Below, one piece after another: positions 25,701-40,700 of a stretch of DNA of 64,000 bases (within the stretch, counting starts at the first letter, position 1; every line of letters starts with the position of its first letter). This DNA comes from Bugula neritina. Taxonomy: Eukaryota > Animalia > Bryozoa. The notes below the pieces were generated by a model. It saw only the letters and a program-made list of their open reading frames with translations, was not told the DNA's origin and did no database searches. The stretch is from positions 7,574,581 through 7,638,580 of the forward strand of contig OZ037767.1 of the NCBI GenBank assembly GCA_964035545.1, written 5' to 3'. The translations under genes and the position numbers were made by a program.

Positions 25701-28700
25701 GTGATACTTAATCTAATATCTAATTTGGCAAGGTACTTCATCACTGGAATTTTATATAAATAATAAAGATTTTAGTGGTGCACTGTGGCTCAAAGGTATG
25801 AGGAACTTTTTACAAAACTTTCACTCCAGGAAAAATTTATTTAATAATAATCTGCCAAAAATTTGCATAGCAATTTGTTTTCAACTGTGAAAAATAAATA
25901 TTTTATATATTGATCAATTGGTGATTAGCTCTAAAAATTAATTTAAAAATCTATAGCCTACAATTTCTTTATAACATATTGAGTAGTATTTTAACTCTTG
26001 CAATAGAGATGTGCCCGAAACCGTTTTCTAATTTTATCTTTATGAAACGTTGTGCATATTACATCAAATATTTTTTATTTTCATTTTGTTTATATACGTC
26101 AATAGTTAAATGCAAGTGTAAACAAAAGTATTCTAACAAAATTGCATTCTCCAATTAGGCAATGTTAACCTACTTTTTTCTTGAATTGTAGTTGTGGGCT
26201 CTCAGATTGTTTTTTTCAAAGTCTTTAACATTAATTTATAAATTAAATCAACACAATATAGTTCAACAAAACTCAATTTCAGTAACTACATGTATATGCA
26301 TATACATAGTAGCAATATTATATTCGTTTCAGAATATAAAGCTGATGAAGGATCCGACACGCTCTGCTATTGTCGCCCTGCAGAAGGCTGACAGCAACGG
26401 AACTCTGGTTTTAAAAGTTAGTTGAGTATCTCATTCATGGTTATTTTCAATAGCTGTTTCAAAAACTCATTCTTTTTAAAATATAGTTTTGAACTGTGAA
26501 TACATTTATAAAAAATAATATTATAATAGTATTATTTAAATAATATGTTGGTTTAATAATTTGATATCCAAAATAAAAAAATTGTTTTAAACGGAGCTTC
26601 ACTCATAGCTTGATTGAAATTAATCAAAAATATGCCATTGTAAAATATTACATTATATATGTGTTTGAAATTTTTGTGTATGTGCTTAAACTTTATAGAT
26701 CATACATGCAGTTTGATTATTCAAAAAGATATAAATATCTCTTTGGATAATTAAAAAAATAATAATTTTTGATAAAAAGCAATAAATATTATCATTTTTT
26801 CTATAGTGTTATAATGTCTTTGAATGTGTTTTTTTTTAAATTATAACAACTAATCACCATCCCTGTGTTTACATATAGCAAGGGGTGATTCAAGTAGAGG
26901 GCCACCAGATTCATCTTAGGGCCGTAGAAAAAAGCTCAAAGAAAGCCAGAGTTAGTAAAAGATCTATCTCTGAACAAAGAAATATTTCTCACCCAGGTAT
27001 GGCCATGTAGGTCAGACATTGAGTTTCAAAAGCTATGTTATGCATTTCGTGTTTACATCTCTAAGCTGCTATTTTTAATAATTTTCTTTGTCATTGCAAT
27101 CATAAACATTTATAATTAAAATGAAAAAGTGGCAGAGTAAGTGATTATTAATAATAGTACTTTTGTTTTGGTTAGAAAATATCAACTACATTTAGTATAT
27201 ATTTTTACAAGTTTTTGTCAAAAAGCCTTTATTTAAGCACCTTCAACTTCATAACATTTAAAATTTTTGTCCATATTTCTTTTGCAATTTATGTTATGAA
27301 AACTGTAACAAAATGGTAATTATATAGCAGTTTTACAACTACACCCTATAGGTTTTATTTCAAACTTCATATTGTATATAATAATGCTTAAATAAACTAC
27401 ATGCTATAACTCTCTGTGAGAAACCCCTAATGGAAAGAGTTGTTGTTAAAGCAGGCTATAAGGACCTTTTAAATGAGACACAGGAGCAATTGTGACTGGA
27501 AGCTCTTCTTTACATCACCAATAGTCTTTGTCTGGGCTCGAACCCATGACCTCATGTTTACTAGGCAATTGCTCTAACCCCTAGACCGCTGCTGCTACAT
27601 TTAGATGATCTGTTAAATAAAACTAACTTTAATTGTAGTTCCCCTGGAAAGCAACAACACAGCCAGTTCACGCCTAACAGCAACCGTGATACCAGTAGCG
27701 GCTACAGTGGAGCTGGTTCTTGTTATTGACTATTCTCTTTGGAAAAAGATGTCTTCAAAAGTAGCTGGAAATGAAACAGACGACATGGTTGATGTTCTTC
27801 TTTATTACGCCCATATGGTAGAGATTGTAAGTGGTTATCAGAACTAAATAATAGCTATTTTAATTGATTTATGTTTGTTGGGGAGTTGCTCAGTAATCCA
27901 ATTACAAAACATATCAAGGCAAATCTCTAAAATATATAGGCCTTAGTTTTTGGCTCAATGACTAACTTTGTTGCTGCTATGATTATTACTTCTACTAACA
28001 AAGTATTTAGAATTATATTGTTTTGTGGAAAGTAGAATTACTTGAAGACGCTTATGATTGGTGTTATGCAGCTATATTGCTTTCTTATAACAATTATTGA
28101 ATAAAATCGCATTTAGGCCAACGGTGTATTGTGTATTGTAAGAAATACTATAGCTATACAATAATCTCCCGTAAATTTGTGAGACTAATAAAATATAGAC
28201 AATTTAAATCAATAAAAATAAGATCAGTTTATGCATAATTCTTATAGAAATGCAAAAATTATTATTTGCATGAGTGCAATAATTAGAAATATCATTTTAA
28301 ATGCTAAGACTGAACATGTCTTTAAATACATGAGTCTACAATAAAACTTTAAACATATATCTAACTAAATACATGAAACTCTATCATGGCTTTAATTGTA
28401 TCATGAGTATTCCTTATATTAACTGAAAAAGCAAACCACTATAGAACTGAAACTTTTACACCTTCTACTGTTGCAGTAGCTTTTTGGCAGCTTTCCAAAA
28501 ACCATTGTGTTACGAAAGCTATTTGTGAAAGCTTTAGTGATAGCTATTTACTGACAGTTTTTGGTCGATGAGTCAGTGTAGCTCAATTTTTCTCCTGCTA
28601 AAGATGCAGGCAATCTATACTTAATTGTCAAAATAGTTGTAAGTATCAAGTATTATATTATCTTTTGTTTTGAATTCCATTAACTAAATGTTTTGTCAGC

Positions 28701-31700
28701 TATGTAATTAATGTTAAGTTAACAATATGTTTGTAATTTTCATGGTTATAGGTTACAGTATGAGTATGAGTCTAAGTATGAATGTGAGCTCAAGTCCAAG
28801 TCTAACTTAGAAAATATACTGTTAACAATAAAAAAAAATAGAGTTGTGGCCTGCATCAGTGTCCTCCATCCATTCACCCTTTATTAAGTGAATTACAATA
28901 CATAGGCAACTGTGCCAAACAGCATTCGTGCTGACGCAACAATCATCAGCTGATACAGTAACCATTATCGGCTGGCACATCTACCAGCTTTGTCCTGTGC
29001 TTGCCAAACTTTGATAATGTTATTGAGCTGGTGATAAAATGTTTTCACAATTCTTATTGGTTTTTGATTTTAATTTTAGCAAACTTGAAACTAACAAGCT
29101 AGCAAAAGCAACAAGCTAAAGCTATTAGAAAAAGTCATGCATATATTATATTACTATACTATATATTTTTTCAGATGAATGATATGTACGAAGGCATGAA
29201 CAATGAAAACTTGAAAATCAATGTGGAGTTTGCCGGATCAGTAGTAATTACTGTAAGTCGAAGCTAGGCGCAGTGAATATAATAAAATATCACCTGGGAG
29301 TCCTCTAGTCAAAAACCGCTTATTTAAAATAACTGAACAAAGAGACATTAAATGCCATATATGGGTTTTGAACTTATTAGAATAAAAAGTAGCTAATTTT
29401 TTACAAAGTAATATGTATGTTAATTATAATTTGCACTTTACATTTTGCTAAATTTTTACATGCTACAAGTTTCTTATAAAGTTTATTGCCAGCTATTGAG
29501 TTGTATCATAAAAAATATTTTTAGTCACCATTCTACTTGAGAAACCTAACAGAGAATTATAAATATTCACTGAATGATGGGCGAGTTTTGATAGATACAA
29601 AGCCTGCAATAGCAAGACTACGGAACTGGGTTGACTCGGCTTCTGGTAAAAGTACTCTGCCACCATTTGATCATGTTATGCTCTTAACAGCGTAAGTATA
29701 AAAGTTTGTCTTACATGATCTATATATAGGTTTTTTACAGAAATTAGTTGAAAGTTGCATAAACTGATTAAAAAAGACAAATCATTTGATAAAAAGATAT
29801 AAATTGCATATATATTGGTTTTGACCAATGAGCAACCAGCTTGGCATTGTGTTAAGCAATTCACCAGAATGTTTTGACGGTTATGTAGAGATGATTCAAA
29901 ATTTTTAAGGGTATAATGGATGAAGAAGTATGTTAGCTGCTTCAACAAAACAATAAAAAAGAAACAATAATTTATCATTGACGGTTTTAATAAACTATAT
30001 CTACTTTTAGGGCTGAATGATAATTTTTTCACACAACGAAATTGTAAGGAACAAACTTTTATGGCAAATATTTATACTTGAGATATGGCATTTTTGTTTC
30101 ATTTATGGTAATATTATGAGGTGTAGGCTGATACAAAGCATTGTAGGATAATCATTGTTGAGTATTTGATTGCCTTAGTTATTATATATTATAGGCTATT
30201 CAATATCTGATATGAAAAAATATTTTAGTCTCATACATATTTTGATCATAACTGCGATGCCTGTTAAATATATTTTAGTCACAGAATGACAAAAATGTAT
30301 TTACTATAAGAATATTCTTATATGTTGAATGTATTGATTTATAGATTATGTTTCAGGTACGACATGTTTCATCTGGACACCCTAACCCTTGGCCCAGTTG
30401 GTATGTCATGGAAATGATGATACTTTTGACACACACACACACACGCACGCACGCACGCACGCACGCACACTTGAAATATAATTATATCTAATATTTACAC
30501 ACAGTATATAATATTTGAAATGCATGCTGTATGCTACTTCAGGGTGTAAATTTATATTCATTTTAGTGTTTATTATATAAAAAAGTATAGACAAAGAAAG
30601 AAAATGGTGTTCTATATAGCATGTAACACTTACAACTTTTCTTTGCATAGTTAATGATAATATGCTTTCAACAGGAATAGCCTATCTTGGTGGAATATGT
30701 GATTCTGGAAACGCTACCTCTATTGTGGAGAGCAAAAACACTTTGACTTTGACTGCCACTGTAGCTGCCCATGAGTTGGGGCACAGGTCAGTTAGTGCAA
30801 GACATTGCAATTTTAATTCTAATTTTACCAACATCACTGAATCAAACTACTTCTTAAAATTAAATTGCTTTTTTTAATGAAATGCCCACCTGAATCCTAA
30901 CACAGGGAGCTCACATTGCGTTGCTTTCTTGAAAAAGATACAGCCATTTTATGTCATAACCCTTTATATTTAAACTCGGTTATGTTTTGTTTGGCTTACA
31001 ACATTTCAATAAGCATATGCCTTTTTATAATGCCAGTCTATTCTGTTTAGCTGAGCAGTTATGATGTTGCTTAAGTTATAATTTTTTAACTCATCCTCAG
31101 TGAAATAATATTTCTCTTTACACAGTTTACCTATAATCATCTATGCACTTCATTTGAGAATCAAAAATTTTGTATTACAGTCTTGGTGCGAATCACGATG
31201 GCTCTAGAGAAAGTTCGGCACAGTGTGGTGATGAAAACTTTATAATGTCTGCTAAAACAGGATTTAATAAAAACCTCAACAATAGGTTTCTGTTTTCTTG
31301 CTGTTCACAGCGTAGCTTTTATACCACTTTAAGATCGTAAGTATGAAGTTGTATACTTCAATTAAAACTAATGCAGTTGCCAGTTTTACTTATTAGTAAT
31401 TAGGTAAAAGCTGATAAATAAAACTTAAGGTGCAATGCATGTAATGCATCTCTTGCAATTATGACGTGTGATGTTTTGTTTTGCAGGCATTTCTTGGAAA
31501 ACTAGTAATATTTAAACACAATCCTTAAATATTTAGACATTTGATTCAATAATAAAATAAATGAGATGAACTGCTTGTATTAGCTGTTTATTCTATGTAT
31601 TTCAAATGTATACTACGCAAAGTCAAGATTAGTATGAAATACATATAGGAAAAAGGAGTGATTTTATGACAACTGTCTCTTAATATAAAATACAGTGCAG

Positions 31701-34700
31701 TTACCAAAATATTGTTAATATTATATAACTATGTTGAGTATAAATGTAGCCATTCAATTATGACTTAAGATAATATAGCACGTAAAAAATCCATAGCCTG
31801 ATTTAACAAAAACTCACTGGGATGGCAACTATAAACTTGTGTGAGTATAAATATATAAACACTTTGTGTACTATATTTTTGGTTATATACGTTTCTGGTT
31901 TGACACTTTTGTATAGTAAAAAGGAATGCTTGAAAGTCGTAACTGCCAGTGGAAACTATTCAGAAATTATGGAAAGACCTGGTCAAAAATATGATGAGGA
32001 TGAGCAATGCTTTCTAGCCTTTGGTACATCAGCATGTGAAGAGGTAAATTCTATAGATTATATATAGTGCAATTTAAAGCTGGTTTCAAATAGCTTTCTT
32101 TTCATTTTATAGGCACACAGACTATATATAACCAATAATGGTTTTGTAGTTAAAATAGCAACATAGTTTTTATTGTTAGTGGATTTACAATGTGACTGGA
32201 GATAGTCAATGTTTGGCTCTCTACTGTGTGGACCCTAAAAACAATGCCTCCTGCACAACTTACTACCACGCAGCTGCAGATGGCACGATCTGTGATGTTG
32301 ACTCTGTTTGCTATAAAGGTCATTGTGTAAAAGAGGAAGAAATAGAAGAGGTGCCGAAACTTTCATGCAACGGTAATTTGTAACATAATGTAATTTTATA
32401 AATACGTAAACTTTGCTTTAATAATAATTTGCCATAAATTTGGTAAATTCCTTGTTCATACTTGTTGCTCTACTGAAGAGTGGTAGACTAAAGTTTCATA
32501 TGCGCCCCATTTTACCTTCATAAGACAATAAAAACATATCTACAAATTTTTGACTACTATGCTTCCCTATTGGTATGGCAAGTAAGCAAACCAAAGCTTC
32601 TGCCAATTTTATTGCTTCTATCAATTGCTTCTATACTTCTAGCAATAAACTTGCAGATTCTTTAATGCACAACTAATACTTTTGTGCAAAAGTATTCTTA
32701 GTCTACTGATAAAAACTAGCCAAACACTAAAAACAAGTTTAAATAGTATTTTAATGCCTTCTTCTACTTCTATTTTTTCTTTTGTAAGTCAAAAACTAAC
32801 TAGCATAATTTTGTGATCAACTTGAAGTAATGTCAATATTAGTGTTGACTATAGTTACAACTCATTAAGCAAAGAAACTTTATTTCACACACACTGACGC
32901 ACACACACACCACACGTGAGCACACACACACATTTTTGATAAATTTAAAGTTGCTATGAAGTTGTCATTTTTATCAATGAAAAACTATCATTGAGCATTT
33001 ATATCTGGAGTTTTCATGCAGGGCTAACAGGTAAGAGTGTTCATACAAGTAAACTATGCTAAAGGATTATGTTAGGATAGAACTGTATATTACAGTGCAA
33101 CACAGACTCATTGATTGTTGCAGATTGCTACTCTTTAGGTGCTTAAATAAATCTGCAGAAGTCTAAGAAGGCTGCTGTTGTACACCACTGCTACCTTTTA
33201 AAAGATGCTGAATCTCAAGATATATGCATTCAATGTAGTTTTTATTATTCTTAGAGTATGATTCTATAAGCTACAAAAATCTAGTTTATTATTTCATGGT
33301 TGCAGTGGCTGATTGCTATAAAACTGAACGCCAATGCCGCAATGGTGTAAACATTCAAGAGAAGACAATGTATAAATGCTACTCTTCGTATCGGTGGTGT
33401 GACGGTCATGTGGACTGCTCAGATGGTTCTGATGAAGAGAATTGTACAACCAACACAGGAATTTGTCCATCAGGGTTCACTTCTTGCATCTATGGGTGAG
33501 TGTTGAAATGTGTGATGAGTGTTGCCAGGCTTTGTGATTCGTATAGAAAACCTTAATATGGCTGAAATCGTTCTGCACCAAACAAGTAATATGCTCACTG
33601 ATAAAGTTGCTAAAATCACTTTTTTTTAAAAGTTTGTAAAAATGAATTTGCCAATATTATAGTTTTCAAGGAAACGGAAAAGCCCTTGACATTTTGAAAA
33701 CAGTTTTTATACTGTTACATTTTAGCATACAAGTCAAATCAGATCAAGTTCATTACACACACGCACGCACACGCATACAAACACATATAATATATATATA
33801 TATGTATACATATTAATTGAAGACATACGTGTCACCGTCATTTGAAACTTAAACCCTTGCCAAAGTTTGACTATTATCGTCTGTTGTAATTAATGATGAT
33901 ATGTTTACCTATAGCAGATGCAAGTTTATCTTAAGAACTTGGTTTGTGTAGTCTAATTTTGCTGTGATATATTCTATATAAGCAGAGCAACATCCCTATC
34001 TAGGTAAATATATACTTGTTGTTCCTTGTGTGATTATACTCTAGCAAAATCTAAAACATGTTTTACTGCAACATGTAAACATTATTATTTTCATTTAAAT
34101 TATTTGAAACCTATGCATTGGTGTTGGAATGAAAAAGATGTGCATGTCTATTCAAGAAAAACTCAAGCTTTATGTAGAAATTGTAATGTTTAACTTATGC
34201 CTTTTCAAATTTACTGCCTATTACTAAGCTGTATTGTGGTGCTGATTGTACAAGTAAACTATGCAATTTTATAGGAATGCCATTGAAGTAACAAGCAACG
34301 AAACTATTCCAAGATGGTGTGTAGTGGATAGTCAAGTGTGCGATGGAGTAAAAAGCTGCGTGTATAATACAGATGAGTTCTTCTGTGATAAGCCTTCCAC
34401 TCCAGGTAACAGCTGTTTGCTGTCTTCATAAATTGTTCCCAACAAAGATGGCATGATTTTCAATAAAATTAAATGCTTATAAATTAAATTGCTAGCTGTA
34501 AATCTTAAGTGTGATTTATTTGGTGCAACATAAATTAATTCATTATCATAAACAAACATTTTCTACCTAATAAAATAAATATTTTGAAGCTCCTAAACCA
34601 GTCAATGAGACTTGTGGAGAAAATCTATATGGAGAAAATGGAACAGTCTCGTCTCCAAACTACCCTGGAAATTACCCCGACTTTGCCGATTGCCATTGGA

Positions 34701-37700
34701 CGATTACTGTTCCTATTGGGCATGTGGTGGTATTGATGGCACCAGTATCATTTACTATAGAGAGTGGAGTTGTGAACAATTCATGTGCTGATAAACTCAA
34801 AGTGAGTGAAGTGCTAAATGTACTTTTGCTTAAGTAATTTTTTAAGAATTGTTAAACATTAAAATATTGACAAAGTCCTTGCCAAGTTTAACCAATTGCC
34901 AAAAAGTATAAACTTAATCCACGCTAAAATAAATCAGATCTACAAATTTGTATTTTAATTTCATCTCGAAATTTTACATTGCATTTTGCAAACATTAAAA
35001 GGTCCATCTACACCTTTAGCTGCTCTATGATAAATGTTGCTACTTGAGCTGCTGTGTTAATAGAAGTAATTACGTTTACAAATATACAGGATTTCTTAAA
35101 CTCTTGCGCAACATTGGAACTTTGGCTAGCATTTATAATATAGTAAGCGGTGTTGTGTACTTTTGAAGCCAAATTTAGAGAAAATTCATTTGCATCAAAA
35201 GACTGAAGTACTTCTTTTCTAGCTAATCATTTTAATCTGATACAATCATTGTCAGGTGCAAAAAATAACGCTAAAGTCCTATAATTTTTTTAGTTTTTAT
35301 ATATGATGTTTGCATTACTGTTGTTACTAATTTTTACAAGTTTCATTTCAAAAAAAAGCAGTTTTCATAAAAAAGAACCATAAAGCTATAATGAAAGAAA
35401 GTACTTCCCAGGTATATCTTTTTTGAGATGTTTAAGTTAAATAGGTTTCAATTGAAGAAAGATAGTTTTACACTTCAATGTTTTCGAGACAGGTTTTTAT
35501 CTTTCATCTTAATATTGATATGCTATTTCTAAATTTTAGATTTATGACGGATACACAGGGAGACTGTTGCTTTACAAGTGTGGGTTCACCAGAAAGGGAA
35601 ATGCATTTAAATCCACATCCAATGCTGTAAGAGTAGTCTTTCAGTCAGACTTCGGAAAGAACTACAAAGGCTGGCAGCTTAACTGGATTGGTAAGCTGAT
35701 GGTTTGAGTAAATGCTAAGAGAGATGCAGTGCTCCTTCCACAAAGGCTGCATACCCCAAAATCTCAATTCATGACACATTAGAATTCTATATTTGGCTCT
35801 AAGATCTGTTAAATTAAGCCATCTTGTCTCTATACACACACATACATAAGTCAAAACACAAGGGTCCAAGTTCCTGACCTATGGATTACTGTGAGGTATG
35901 GGGCCCTGAAACATGGAGGGGGCACTGTTCTAAAAAGTAATACACATACTAATTGGGGGCAATGTATGAGAATAACTGAACCATTGCAAATGCTTAATCT
36001 GATTGATCTGATTAAAAAAAAATTATTGCTAAAATATAATCTGAGCTGTTTAACAATAATAGTGCAAAGTAATGATAGTTAAAACATGATAAAAACATAG
36101 ATTGATTGCGTTGTAATATAGCTTTTATTTTTTTTTATAAAATGGTTAAATATTTTTCAACCTTAAGAATCTACTACCAGAACAGATGTAGCGTGTGAAA
36201 TTTAAAGATCTACTTATAGAAAAGCAAGTATGGCATTTCTTATGTAAACTAAAATGTTCACATGTAGGCAAAGCTATAATAAGCTTCATGTCTATCTTTT
36301 TGCCTTAAAATATATATATATTTGATTTAGATTTAGTTATTGATAGTTTTTCAACCTCTGACTGCTCAAACCTTCTTCTATAGTTCTTTTTTTTAGATTG
36401 ACCTAAATTGGAAAAAAAATTGAGATAAAAGTTTAGCTTATATTTAAGTGAGACATGCAAATAATCTTGTATTCTATGGGATTGTAATTTGGAACTTTGA
36501 ATTTCTGCCGGGTTTTGTTAGTGACTCATAACTAAAGAATCTTTAGCGATGAAACAGTTTTCTACTCTTTACTATTTTCTATATTTATTTGTCTTCTTTT
36601 GTATTCCAAGTTCTTCTACCAAGAGTATTTTTAATAATGTCAGCCTAATTCCAAACTCTTATACTTTTTAAGAGTTTCATCAGGTAAACTATAAAGTTTA
36701 TGTCCAAATCTTCTCGTTTTTGCCAAGCTTTCTTTTGGTATTTCACTTAATCTTTGTCAAATTAATTTTGTTTACATTTGCTTTGAACTTTTATTTTAGC
36801 ACTGTCTGAAGAAGGTTCCGGAGACAACATGAGCAGAACACAAGCACCACAGTCAGTGAGTACCACTGCACCATCAACAACTGGTAAATTAATTTCTTGG
36901 CTCTTGTACCTGTTTCATGATATATGCCAATGCCGCATGTTTACAAAAACATTCTAAGCTGCTCAGGCAGCAAGATCTCAGACTTAGAATAAAAGAAACT
37001 ATAACTTTGCGGGTTAAATATCAGTCTACTCTCAAATCCCTTTTTCAGTTTTTTATTTTTGACCTGATGTAATAAAACATGGTGCTCCTTGTTCAATTCT
37101 GGGCCAATCAATCTTAAAGCATTTACTTAGACGTTCCAACTCCTACGTTTTAATAAAATGCTGTTTTGAGTGCATATTTTGTTGCATCTGGTGTGCTGAC
37201 GGTGTCTGTATGTGAATGCTTTTTAGTTTGTCAGCATTGTAGGCAAACTGCATAGAGTTATATGCTTTTGCTACTAAATATACATACATATATTATTATA
37301 GGTCTTGCCTATATAGCTAGAGTTATATTTATACATACTTTTTCATGAAACCTTGACCAACTCATTCAATTCTAATTTAAGTAGTTGCATATTTCATGGT
37401 TTCTTATACATATGGAAGAAGTTTCTTGTATTTCAACTAAACATTACTCATGTGTGCATGTATGTACCTTTTTCAGATTCCTATTCTTACACACCTGATG
37501 AGTCTAGCTTTGGTACAATACCAATTATGAGTAAGTATAGAGCTGAAATTATATTTTTAACTTATAATGAGTCATTTAATTTTCTGATTCAAATTTTTTA
37601 CTTTTAAGAACAGCCTATATTCGAAGGTTGGTCTAAATGATCAAGAAACTAGTTTAGTAGAGCTACTTTTACAAAATAATTCGGATTCTGATATTTATAC

Positions 37701-40700
37701 CATACATATAGCATGCCCATTATAAATAAATTTAAGTCAATATGTCAAGTAAAATATATCTATACTTTCTATCAGTTACTGAACTCATTTATTTTAGTCA
37801 AAAGATATGTCGTGAAGAAACAACTTGCTAAAAATCACCTTGTTTGTTGCATTGCCTTGTGTAGGTCAATTATTACATTAAAATACATTCAAATAAATTT
37901 ATTGATTCTTTTCAAAGTCTAAGTATAGTTTACAGACTTTGTGTAGTACTTGATATAAGAATCTTACTATCAATATAATTTATACTGTAGATATAACGGG
38001 GTCAGCACACATTGGCAGCTATCATGTATCCAACTTGATTGACAACATAACCTACAGCTGGAGCAGGTTCTGCACAAAGGAAGTAATATGCTCTCTGAAT
38101 ATTTATAATGACTTTTTAATTTTTCAACAGGAGCCCAAATTAGCCAAAGTTAATAATTCGTTTTTTCTTAGCACGAGTTATGTTCATTGCTATAATGCTT
38201 TGTTTAAAATATTTGTAGATACAAGTAAGGCTTTGTATTATAAGAAATTCTAGTTTTAGCTCAATTTGTTTAGTTTTGTTACCTTTTGGATAAGAATTCT
38301 TACTCTAACGTGAAAATGCTGACAAATATGCAGCAGGCATTTAACTCATGTTTTCATATATATGACTAAGTGGGTAAATTTGTCTCCAGGAAAAATGCAA
38401 TGAGCTAAAAATGTTTTTATATGGCCTGCAGCAAAGTTTGAACTGGTAAAACTTTAATATGCCCAAAAACAGATTACAATTTGTGTTTATTAACTGCCCC
38501 AACCAGTTGAATTAACCACATATAAAGACTTTCAAGCTTATTAGAAACTCATCCCACACTAGACATGAGAAATTATATTTTATATTTTACATTTACTGCA
38601 GTGGGAGAATAATGTTGCAATACCAATAATATTTATTTTGATATAAATACTGCTGATTAAATGTGGTTGTTTTAGAGTAAAAGATATGCATTGCTAGACC
38701 TTGGAGAAGTTGTTGGAGTTACAAACATTAGCCTGTGGTATAGAACCGGCTTGTCTTATTACTGTGAGTAAAGATTATATTTTTAAATTTCAACTTCAAT
38801 AATTAATTATTTATTATGATTTTTAACTACTTACTTTTTATCATTAGCAAAAATAGAAGTTTAGAAAAATATGATGGAATATTATAAAACCTACTAAATA
38901 ATTTAATTTTTTGCATAAAATAATGTTTTAAATGCTATTCAAAGTGGCATGGAAATAAAATTTAAAAATTATATTTAAGTAATATTATTTTTTATGATAG
39001 AATATTGCTTATTTGTTATTTTGCTTATTTGTTCTTTTGCTATTGCCTAAGGCTCTCTGCAGACAACCATTTTTAACTGGAAACATTACTGTCATACTTT
39101 CAAGTGTCACATTCAAAAAGTATATGTTTTGCAATAAAGTTTTTCATATTTTGAAAACTACATAAATGATTACTAAATGTATATGTAAAGCTTACTGCCA
39201 AACCTTTTAACTTTAACATGACATTTTTTTCCATCTTAGATAACTAGGTTACATATATAAACAACAGTAACATAATACTCTTTCAATGTCGGTGTTTTAG
39301 TGAGGCAAGCTCAAAACATTCTTATTACTGTTGGATCATCTATTGAAGAGCTAAAGGACTTGAAGGCATCTATTTGCAAATACCGCTCTGGTGTTCCGAC
39401 TACGAGTAGCATACAACCAGAAAACTTTCAGTGCTCCAAGACATTGATAGGAAAATATGTCAAAATAGAAATGATGAAAGTTATTTCCACACAATGGATG
39501 TGCTTGACAGAAGCCAGAGTGTTTGGATACAGAAACCTGGAGCTCTGTATGTAATGATATGTTTTAAATCTATCTCTATTGCATGGTTGTATGGTTAGAT
39601 TCAAAATTAGCAACAGCTTTTAATTGATATAGCAATTATCTAATACAAGAGAACGATCATTTGTTATTTGTACATTATGTGCTTATATCAAAGTTGGAAT
39701 CAAGTTTGATCAGTAGCACACATTAAAGGAATATTCTAATTTAGCATATATAATATAGCTTATAAATGTTTTAGCTGTTAAAGACCCTGAACTGGAATTG
39801 TTCAATGGTGAGAATTTTTCTAAATATATGTTTATTATATGCAAACGAATTGTTATAGCCTTTTAACATAAACCAAACTATACAAAATTGTTTATTCTAT
39901 GCCTATTCTCAGATCTAAATTTTGAAAAACTTTCACATTTTTCATACTTTAATTCTAGTATTGACGATCATGCCTACAACTAAAAAAACTTATATTAAAT
40001 TCCAATTTCTGTTAGTTGTTATTTTCTCTAGTTTAAGTTATTTATTTATTCTCTGCATGGGCATTTAAAGGTTTTATCTGCTAATTTAATACGAATCATT
40101 TCTAGGGTGTGGCGGCAGCATAGAAGGACTTATTTCTGGAAAAATTACATCACAAAACCATTCTAATGACTATGACAATGACCAGGATTGCACGTGGAAT
40201 ATTTTTGTGCCTCACAACCAAGTTTATATACACTTGAGAGGTTATTCAATTGAATACAGCCCTGACTGTTCTAAAGACTACCTGATGGTGTGTATTTTTC
40301 ATAACACTTTACTGGGAAGAAAAATATCTACTGCAGTTGAAAAATAGTTAATATAAATAAACTGCTAGTTACAAAAAGCTCCCATGTATTGTTCATAGTT
40401 ACTAGGTTCATTATTGATTTATGCAATGTTTATCCTCTGAGAGCATATCATCTAAATCTCTTACCATAATAGACTTTTGCTTTATATTTGTATCAGACTG
40501 ACTTACTTTCTGATGTGAATCATAATCTCACTGCAAACATCAGAATTTTTTTGAAGATTATCAATGGTGAGACGGAGGAAGAATTAGCAATGCTCTGTGG
40601 ACAAGGGACTCTTGCTCTGAGTATTAGAAGTAGCTTCGTAAAGATTAGATTTGTTACTGATGCTTCTATAACCTCTTCTGGGTGGACACTATACTTCACA

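Noticed and set aside
27520-27597. tRNA gene
   Set aside because: It has A/B boxes but no convincing acceptor stem, and it continues into a body shared with other dispersed copies, so it is a SINE.
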